64,000 nucleotides of DNA. It comes from an uncultured Gemmatimonadales bacterium (GTDB taxonomy: Bacteria; Gemmatimonadota; Gemmatimonadetes; Longimicrobiales; RSA9). Where the stretch lies: NCBI GenBank assembly GCA_963783305.1, contig CAWAMW010000002.1, positions 224,001 to 288,000 of the forward strand. The letters run 5' to 3'. Positions 58,101 through 64,000 of this stretch are shown piece by piece. The translations under genes were made by a program, and so were the position numbers. The notes beneath the pieces were generated by a model that saw only the letters and a program-made list of their open reading frames with translations, did not search any database and was not told the origin of the DNA. How positions within the stretch are numbered: the first letter of the stretch is position 1; each line of letters starts with the position of its first letter.

Positions 58101-60341
58101 GATCTCCGCCGCCGGCACGTCCAGCATGTCCGGCACCTGCGCCACCGGGAGCGCCACGTCCTTGCCGTTCCCCGCGGCCGCCACCACGTCCCGGATCTCG
58201 TCGTAGCCACGCCGGATCACCCGCACGTTGTCCTCGACGATCTTGCTGCCCAGCTTGCCGAACTTCCGCTCCATCTGCTCGCGGATCCCCGCGAACAGCG
58301 TCTCCTCGTCCAGACCCTCCCGCTCAGCGAGCGGGGAGACCTTGAAGAACGCGCCCATGAAGGCCGCGCCCTGCATGCGGTAGCGGAGCTCCGCGGAGGA
58401 CGACTCGTCCTGCGCGATCTTGAAGCCGTCCAGCGCGTACACCTTGATCTTCTTCGAGCGGACATAGCGCTTGGCGTCCTCCGGGAAGCTCTCCCAGAGC
58501 GCCTCGGGCTCCTGGTCGCTCTGGATCACGAACACGCCGCCTTCCCGCAGCCCCGCGAGCGGGTTCGAGTGGCGGAACACGTTCGTGTCCGGGCTCAGAA
58601 CCACGTCCACGTGCTTCAGCTCCGCGTTGATCTTGATGGGATCGCGGCTGAGCGTGGCGTAGAACGTCGTAGGCTGACCCTTCTTCTCCGAGCCGTACTT
58701 CGGATTGGCCTTCACGTGCAGCCCGGCCATCTCGAAAGCCGTCAGCGACACGTTCTTCCCCATCGTGATCGCGCCCCAGCCGCCCACGCTGTGAATCCGC
58801 AGCGCCGTCGAGCCCTCCGGAAGGAGGTTGATGCTCCCCGCCGGCTCGAGCGCCAGGTCCGCCAGCTTCGGATACGACTCCAGGAGCTGCTGCTGCCAGA
58901 TCTCCAGCTTCGGCAGCTTCGTGTTCTTTCGGACGAAGTCGATTCCCAGATAGAACTGACGACGGCGCTTCCCGTCGTCCAGCATGTTCTCCACTGCCGC
59001 CACCAGGTCGCCCGCCTGCAGGTCGCGACTGCCGAAACCGAACCCGCCGCTGAAGAAATCGGGCACCTCGTCCGCGCTCAGCGCGGGGACGCCCTCGTGC
59101 GGGATTTCCACCTTCTTCTGCTCCGACAGTGGGTACCGCGCCGACCGGCCGTTCCCCGCCGCCGTACGCGCCTCCCGGCCGTTCTCCACCGCCTTCGCCA
59201 TCGCCGCCCGGATCTCCCGGAGCAGCGGCGCGTCCACCGCCAGCGGCTGGTCCACGCGCTCCAGCACCGTCACCGCCTTCTTCCCCGCCAGCAGCTTCGC
59301 CACCAGGTCGGTCGGGAAGGGCCGGAACATGACCATGTCCAGCACGCCCACCTTCAGACCCTTCTCCTTGCGCAGGTAGTCCGCCACCGCCTCCGCGTTG
59401 CCCACCACCGAGCCCTGGCCCAGGAGCACGTACTCCGCGTCCTCGAGCCGATATCCCATCGCGCGGGCGTACCGGCGGCCCGTCAGCTCACCGTAATAGG
59501 CCATCGCCTGGTCGGTGATCGCCTGCACGTGGTCGAAATAGAAGGGCCGCTGCGCCGCAACACCCTGCGCGTAGCTGTCCTGGTTCTGCACTGTGCCCAG
59601 CATGGCCGGATAGTCCATGTCGAACAGCTCGGGGATCCGGCGACGCTTCTCGCCGAACACCAGCCGCTGCGCCGGCGTGGGGCTCTCGATGATGTCCGAC
59701 GGGTCGCCCAGGTACTCCTTCACCAGCGCCCGCTCCGGCATCTTCATCGTCTCGATGACGTGACTCGTCAGGAACCCGTCCTGAGCCACGATCCCCGGGT
59801 TCAGGCTGAGCTCGGCGATCCGGTGCGCGATCAGGTTCAGGTCCGCCGAGGCCTGGACGTCCTTCGCGAAAACCTGGAAGAAGCCGGTGTCATCCACCGC
59901 GTGGTAGTCGTCGTGGCCCGCGTGCACGTTGAGCGCGTGCTTCGTCATCGCCCGCGCGGCCACGTTCAGCACGTACGTCAGTCGCTTCCCCGCCGCCGCA
60001 TACAGGCTCTCGTGCATGTACGCGATGCCCTGGCCGCTGGAGAAGTTGGTCGCCCGCAGCCCGACCATGCTCATCCCCGCCGTGACGCCCGCCGCCGCAT
60101 GCTCGCCCTCCGGCTCGAAGAAGAGGAGCTTGCGGCCGTTGACGTTCGTTACTCCCTGGGCCACGGCCATGGCCCACCCCTCGCCCATCTGCGTCGAGGG
60201 CGTGATCGGGTAGGCACCCGCGGCCTCGCTCCCCGCCGTCTCCATCGTGACGATGGCGGTGGTGCCGTCGGTGGCTTCCGGGGTGCCCGGATACCGGGCT
60301 TCCGCCTCGGCCGCTTCCTTCTTCATGAACGGGATCTTCAT
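55197..60341 (-). CDS. por: Large single-chain pyruvate(2-oxoacid):ferredoxin oxidoreductase with extra C-terminal ferredoxin
   Basis: YPITPS, HSVGGWG, two CxxCxxCxxxCP, ACMGCGE, TGCSS, GGDG, YSNTGGQ, terminal CTTCNEC..RCP; substrate not provable. Confidence 0.9.
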   Translation of the reverse strand: MKIPFMKKEAAEAEARYPGTPEATDGTTAIVTMETAGSEAAGAYPITPSTQMGEGWAMAVAQGVTNVNGRKLLFFEPEGEHAAAGVTAGMSMVGLRATNFSSGQGIAYMHESLYAAAGKRLTYVLNVAARAMTKHALNVHAGHDDYHAVDDTGFFQVFAKDVQASADLNLIAHRIAELSLNPGIVAQDGFLTSHVIETMKMPERALVKEYLGDPSDIIESPTPAQRLVFGEKRRRIPELFDMDYPAMLGTVQNQDSYAQGVAAQRPFYFDHVQAITDQAMAYYGELTGRRYARAMGYRLEDAEYVLLGQGSVVGNAEAVADYLRKEKGLKVGVLDMVMFRPFPTDLVAKLLAGKKAVTVLERVDQPLAVDAPLLREIRAAMAKAVENGREARTAAGNGRSARYPLSEQKKVEIPHEGVPALSADEVPDFFSGGFGFGSRDLQAGDLVAAVENMLDDGKRRRQFYLGIDFVRKNTKLPKLEIWQQQLLESYPKLADLALEPAGSINLLPEGSTALRIHSVGGWGAITMGKNVSLTAFEMAGLHVKANPKYGSEKKGQPTTFYATLSRDPIKINAELKHVDVVLSPDTNVFRHSNPLAGLREGGVFVIQSDQEPEALWESFPEDAKRYVRSKKIKVYALDGFKIAQDESSSAELRYRMQGAAFMGAFFKVSPLAEREGLDEETLFAGIREQMERKFGKLGSKIVEDNVRVIRRGYDEIRDVVAAAGNGKDVALPVAQVPDMLDVPAAEIGIGNPGRFFEQVCSIYGAGEEPIADPYAAISAIPAATSVIRDMTNIRFEVPDFIASKCTGCAQCWTQCPDAAIPGLVNSVEDLLETAIAHAQNGRSLDRLKQVSKHLVKETRKVVEGVPFDNFGDTLKAAYKNLVPKLNWDPEKRRELDDDFAAVYPILAEFPLAKTQPFWDNPESKEKGAGGLLSVTINPEACKGCNICVEVCPENALITIKQDEETVEELRRNWDFWKALPDTDERFINIRDLEEGIGVLPSLLLRKDVYRSMVGGDGACMGCGEKTAVHLITSTIEALMQGRVEKLMTKLDTLIAGLDEKARGLLSADADLDLMSVAEGGRVDVPMSDDKRVQLERYASSLKALKDLKWRYEEGPSGRGRAEMGITNSTGCSSVWGSSYPFNPYPFPWVNHLFQDAPSIAIGIFEGHMRKMGDNFVSLRRAEKLLDGSYDAEKDEAFFTNFDWQQFNEEEFNLVPPILSIGGDGAMLDIGFQNLSRLLASGKPIRVIVLDTQVYSNTGGQASTGTYTGQSADMSPFGAAVHGKTEVRKELGYIAMAHRGAYVHQTSQASASHLIGGLIKGLKTRRPSVINVYTPCPVEHGLPDEWAPASAKLALESRAFPFLTYDPDAGDSIAECLSLDGNPSMDELWPLYELTYVDADGAEQKIELPVTIADWAATETRFKKHFKSVPEDQWNDDMVVFHEFVAMEKDDRAGKVPFIYSLADDRTLKRVRVSKEMVTLAEERLLYWHQLKEMAGLEVPEWVRDEIGSEMQAEFESKLAVARQEFEAKLEELKATYPQIIARRLAEGLVKQGTGNRTVADLLKTAQSTPGLQPIGAEVGGLQVGPSGGNGAGKGSAAGGAESVKDGGGVATMEKPSSVVESATAEPEEDDELGMEPYIETARCTTCNECTNLNNRLFKYNDAKQAYIADAAAGSFKEIVMAAERCPAGIIHPGTPLNKSEKDLEKWVKRAEPFN

Positions 60342-61183
60342 CGGATACTCCCTGCGACAACGGGTTGGCGGAACTGCGAGCCCTCGACCCACACGATGGC
60401 CCCGGTCGGGCAGCGGGCGATGGCTTCCTTGTTCTCCAGCTCTGACTTCATGTAATCGACTACGGCCAGACCGTCCTTCATCTCGATCAGGCCATCGGGC
60501 GCATCGACCGCGCAGCGGCCGCACGCGTTACAGGCGACGGCGCACACTTCCGTGGCCGCCTCGCCCTCCAGCAGACTCTTGCACTGCACGATCAGGTGGT
60601 CGCTCACGGGCAGCAGCTCGAACAGCCCCAGCGGACAGGCCTCCACACAGTCGCCGCACGCGGTGCACAACTCGGGGTCCACCACCGGGAGCCCGGTCGA
60701 GCTCATGACAATGGCATCGAAGTCGCACGATACCGCGCAGTCGGCCAGCCCCACGCACCCCCAGGTGCACCCCTTCCCCCCACCCCCGACCGCCACGGAC
60801 GCCGCGCAGCTCTCGACGCCGTAGTACTCTGCCCGCTGCACGGCCACATCGCTCCCGCCCGCGCACATCAGCCGGGCCACCACCTTGTCCGCCTCGCCGG
60901 CGGAGACGCCCAGGTAGTCAGCCACGTCCTCACGCTCGAACTCGCTCATCACCGTGCACGTGGCCGGCGGCTCCTTGCCGCTGATCACGGCCTCGGCGAA
61001 CGTGCGACAGCCCGCGTAGCCACAGGCCCCGCAGTTCGCGCCCGGCAGCAAGCCCTCCACCTCGTCGATGCGCGGGTCCTCCCACACCTTCATCTTTTTG
61101 TTCGCCAGCGCGATGAGGGTGCCAAACGTCAGGCCCACTCCGCCCAGGATGGCGGCCGAGCCCAGGAGCGGAGCGATTCCCAT
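60338..61183 (-). CDS. rnfB: Rnf complex subunit B
   Basis: N-terminal TM; LPGANCGACGYAGC; multiple ferredoxin motifs. Confidence 0.92.
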   Translation of the reverse strand: MGIAPLLGSAAILGGVGLTFGTLIALANKKMKVWEDPRIDEVEGLLPGANCGACGYAGCRTFAEAVISGKEPPATCTVMSEFEREDVADYLGVSAGEADKVVARLMCAGGSDVAVQRAEYYGVESCAASVAVGGGGKGCTWGCVGLADCAVSCDFDAIVMSSTGLPVVDPELCTACGDCVEACPLGLFELLPVSDHLIVQCKSLLEGEAATEVCAVACNACGRCAVDAPDGLIEMKDGLAVVDYMKSELENKEAIARCPTGAIVWVEGSQFRQPVVAGSIR

Positions 61184-61187
61184 TTCC

Positions 61188-62174
61188 TCAGACCTCGCCC
61201 GGTCCCGGGATGGTCGCCTGGCGGAGCAGCCACGCCGCCAGCTTGTCCGTCGGGTCCACCGCGGCCGCCGGCTCGCCCGCCGCCGCCGCCACCCGACCGG
61301 CCACCGCGCCGTCCAGCACCTTCAGCAGCTCGAGGTCCGACTCCTGGCGCGCAACGCTCAGCCGGCCGACCGGCCGGCACCGCTCCTCGGGCACCGACTC
61401 CAGCTTCAGCTGACCCGGGCCATCCTCCTCCGGCTGGTACCGGAACGCCGCGCCATCCGTCACCACCGCCACCGCCGCCGGGCCCTCCCAGGTCTTCAGT
61501 GCGCTCAGCGCATCGGCGTCCGCGCCCTGCACCACCAGCGTGCCCGGCGTGATCAGCCGCGAGAGCGCCGCCGGCGGCGCCGGCCTGCGGACCAGCAGCA
61601 CGATCGCCTGCGCACCCTCGAGCAGGTCCACAAGCCCCGCCGGACGCAGGTCCGACCCGTCCACCTCCACTACCAGCGGCGGCGCCACCGTCCGCTCCGC
61701 ACGGTTCCACAGCGCCGGATCGAAACCGTCCGCGTAGTCCGCCGACGGCACGCCGGCGCGCGCGTTCTCCACCGCTCGGCCCGCGCCGAACGCGCGCCCC
61801 GCGGACGCGAGGGCCCGCCGGACCGTCTCCAGCAGGTCACCGCCCGGGACCACGCGCACGGTGTGCAGGTTGTCGCCCTCACGCAGGATCGACGTCAGCA
61901 CCTTGAGCGCTTCCCCGATCCGGTCCAGCGAGTCGCTGTCCATGGCCTGCTGGTCGGAGAACAGCGACTCGAAGCGCTCCGTGTCGATACGACCCGCCGC
62001 GAACGCGCCCAGCTCCGCCGCCGCCCGCTCGCCCTTCTTGGCGTGCTTCGGCGAACGCTGACTCTCCAGCAGCGTGCGGACCTCGTCCACGGCCGTGGCC
62101 ACCGCCGACCGGTACGACTCGCGGCGATCCCCGAGCGCCTCGAGCGCGCTCTCCCTCAGCTCATCAAACGGCAT
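61188..62174 (-). CDS. Hypothetical protein; degenerate paralog of the PFOR beta (TPP) domain
   Basis: Collinear similarity to the beta region of the neighbouring por product; GDG and Cys ligands absent. Confidence 0.65.
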   Translation of the reverse strand: MPFDELRESALEALGDRRESYRSAVATAVDEVRTLLESQRSPKHAKKGERAAAELGAFAAGRIDTERFESLFSDQQAMDSDSLDRIGEALKVLTSILREGDNLHTVRVVPGGDLLETVRRALASAGRAFGAGRAVENARAGVPSADYADGFDPALWNRAERTVAPPLVVEVDGSDLRPAGLVDLLEGAQAIVLLVRRPAPPAALSRLITPGTLVVQGADADALSALKTWEGPAAVAVVTDGAAFRYQPEEDGPGQLKLESVPEERCRPVGRLSVARQESDLELLKVLDGAVAGRVAAAAGEPAAAVDPTDKLAAWLLRQATIPGPGEV

Positions 62175-63111
62175 AGTTGTCGAGCTCCTGGTTCAGACGA
62201 CCGATCTTCTCCTCGGCTGAGAACTTCGGCAGCCGGCGCGTCTCCTCGTACACCGGCCGCGTCTCATCCCTGAAGAAGATCCCGAGCGGGACCCGGCCGC
62301 TCTCCTCGGCGATCACGCGCGCCATGTCGATGTCCTTCGGGTCGTGGTGCCTGTGGTTCTTGTACAGACCGTGGATCTCCGGCACGTTGATGCCGTCATC
62401 GTGCACCAGCAGCTCCACCGCGTCCGGGTTTCGCACCGCATCCTGGAAGATCGGCGCGGTGAACTTCGGACACCGCTGGAGGATCCGGACGAAGCCCAGC
62501 CCCTTGTGCCGGTGGGCGGCCCGCAGCGTTGCGTACAGGTGCTGGGGAATCCACTCGGCGGTCTGCGCGACGAAGCTCGCGTTCGTGAACCCGAGCAGGT
62601 TCTCGATGGGGTTCAGCGCCGGCAGGTAGCTGCCCCGCGGCTGCGTGTTGCTCTTGAAGCCCTGCGGCGTGGTGGGCGACGTCTGCATCTTCGTCAGACC
62701 GTAGATGTTGTTGTCCAGGATCACCGCCGTCATGTCCATGTTGTAGCGGACGGCGTGGAGCCAGTGCCCGGCTCCGATGGACGTGCAGTCGCCATCGCCC
62801 ATCACCACGAAGACGTTCAGGTCGGGGCGGTTCAGCTTGATCCCCTCCGCCACCGGCAGCGCCCGTCCGTGGATCCCGTGGAACCCGTAGGTCCGCATGT
62901 AGTGCGGGAACCGGCTCGAGCAGCCGATCCCTGACACGAACATGGTCTCCTCGGGCTTCAGCTGCTCCTCGCTCAGCAGTTTCTGATAGGCCGTGAGCAC
63001 CGCCATGTCACCACACCCCGGACACCACCGCGGGAGCGCGCCCTCGTAGTCCTCCATCCCGAAGACACGGTCATCCGTGGCCGCGTGCAGGAGTGAGCAG
63101 GTCGCGATCAT
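62164..63111 (-). CDS. korB: 2-oxoacid:ferredoxin oxidoreductase beta subunit
   Basis: WCPGCGD, SGIGCSSR, HGRA, GDGD, NNIYGLTK; ATGA overlap. Confidence 0.92.
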   Translation of the reverse strand: MIATCSLLHAATDDRVFGMEDYEGALPRWCPGCGDMAVLTAYQKLLSEEQLKPEETMFVSGIGCSSRFPHYMRTYGFHGIHGRALPVAEGIKLNRPDLNVFVVMGDGDCTSIGAGHWLHAVRYNMDMTAVILDNNIYGLTKMQTSPTTPQGFKSNTQPRGSYLPALNPIENLLGFTNASFVAQTAEWIPQHLYATLRAAHRHKGLGFVRILQRCPKFTAPIFQDAVRNPDAVELLVHDDGINVPEIHGLYKNHRHHDPKDIDMARVIAEESGRVPLGIFFRDETRPVYEETRRLPKFSAEEKIGRLNQELDNYAV

Positions 63112-64000
63112 GCCGCACCTCCCTTCGACTTCTTCGTGGTTCGCCGTCCGCTCGAGCTCAGCTTCCCGTCCCGCACCAGCCGGCTCACGATCGCTTCGTG
63201 GATTACCTTCGGCCGCAGCGGCTCGCCCAGCACCCGCGTCCACGAGTCCACGTCCACCAGCGTCCGCCCCCGGAGCAGCCACGCCAGCTGGCCGTAGCGC
63301 CGGTTGTCATCCGTGATGTACGGGTCGCCCGCATCGTCGCTGTAGTTGATCTCCACCGTCATGACCCGGTCGAACTTCTCGAAGATCTCGCGGAGCCCGG
63401 GCTCCATGGGCGACAGGAACCGCAGGTGGAGCGACGACACCGAAAGCCCCTCGTCGCGCGCCCGGTCCACGGCCTCCTCGATCGCCCCCTTCGTGCTCCC
63501 CCACCCCACCACCAGGAGGTCGCCCTCCTCGTCCCCATGCACGTCCGGCTTCTTCAGCGCCTGCTGGAGCACCGCCAGCTTCCGGCTCCGCATCGCCGAG
63601 CTCCGCTGGTTGATGTCGCTCGCGTACGCCACCTTGCTGTTCTCGTCGTGCGCCAGCCCCGTCACCGTATGCATGCCGTTCGGCTGGCCCGGAATGAACC
63701 GCCGGCTCAGCCCCGTCTTCGGGTCCCAGTCGTACGGCCTCAGCCCGTCCGGGATCGGCGACTGGTCGAACGGGCCCGCCATCCAGCTCAGCTGCGGGTC
63801 GGGCCGCGGGAACGGCTGTACGCCCGTCGCCAGGTTGGCGTCCGTCAGCACCATCACCACCATCCGGAAGCTCTCCGCGATCCGGCGCGCGGTGACCATG
63901 GCGTGGAAGCACTCCTCGATGGTCGCCGGCGCCATCACCACGTGCGGCGCGTCCCCCGGCTGACCGTGGATCGCCGCCAGCAGGTCGCTCTGCTCCACCT
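63108..64000 (-). CDS. korA: 2-oxoacid:ferredoxin oxidoreductase alpha subunit, 5' truncated
   Basis: EQSDL, TGLAHDE, VGWGSTKGAIEEAV, VEINY. Confidence 0.88.
   Translation of the reverse strand, partial: VEQSDLLAAIHGQPGDAPHVVMAPATIEECFHAMVTARRIAESFRMVVMVLTDANLATGVQPFPRPDPQLSWMAGPFDQSPIPDGLRPYDWDPKTGLSRRFIPGQPNGMHTVTGLAHDENSKVAYASDINQRSSAMRSRKLAVLQQALKKPDVHGDEEGDLLVVGWGSTKGAIEEAVDRARDEGLSVSSLHLRFLSPMEPGLREIFEKFDRVMTVEINYSDDAGDPYITDDNRRYGQLAWLLRGRTLVDVDSWTRVLGEPLRPKVIHEAIVSRLVRDGKLSSSGRRTTKKSKGGAA

Noticed and set aside
55062..60455. 1797-aa plus-strand ORF (similarly 18733-21996, 9701-12148, 28992-30632)
   Set aside because: Antisense shadows of well-supported genes in high-GC DNA; Arg/His/Pro-rich with no motifs

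Overview
GC-rich bacterial chromosomal window. Gene content suggests Gemmatimonadota or a similar diderm; this is an inference, not shown by the sequence. In order: TamB C-terminus; YnjE-type sulfurtransferase plus SufE; cation/H+ antiporter; a small exported-protein operon; D-Ala-D-Ala dipeptidase; an arsenic operon (arsR-arsM-arsN2-metallophosphoesterase-acr3) with operator sites and a heptamer tandem array; a stress/signalling block (CsbD, KaiC-like ATPase module, DUF421, ChaB, CheB-CheR-PAS kinase, MscS); a RAYT/Y1 transposase bounded by 22-bp inverted repeats; TPP riboswitch-thiC; a five-gene cassette with two paralogous secreted twin-CX6C peptides; GMC oxidase, TPR protein, USP and DtxR/MntR regulator; an NHEJ locus (Ku, LigD); and a >18 kb minus-strand energy cluster (korAB, rnfB-por-rnfCDGEA, apbE, ba3-type oxidase). 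The best candidates for undescribed biology are (1) the peptide cassette at 30.9-33.9 kb, where the two peptide genes flank a beta-propeller lipoprotein and an atypical ABC transporter and share a 46-bp upstream motif, and (2) accessory genes in the energy cluster: a cofactor-less paralog of the PFOR beta domain, an NqrM-like protein and two paralogous Cys-rich proteins. All family calls come from motif recognition by eye; no searches were run.
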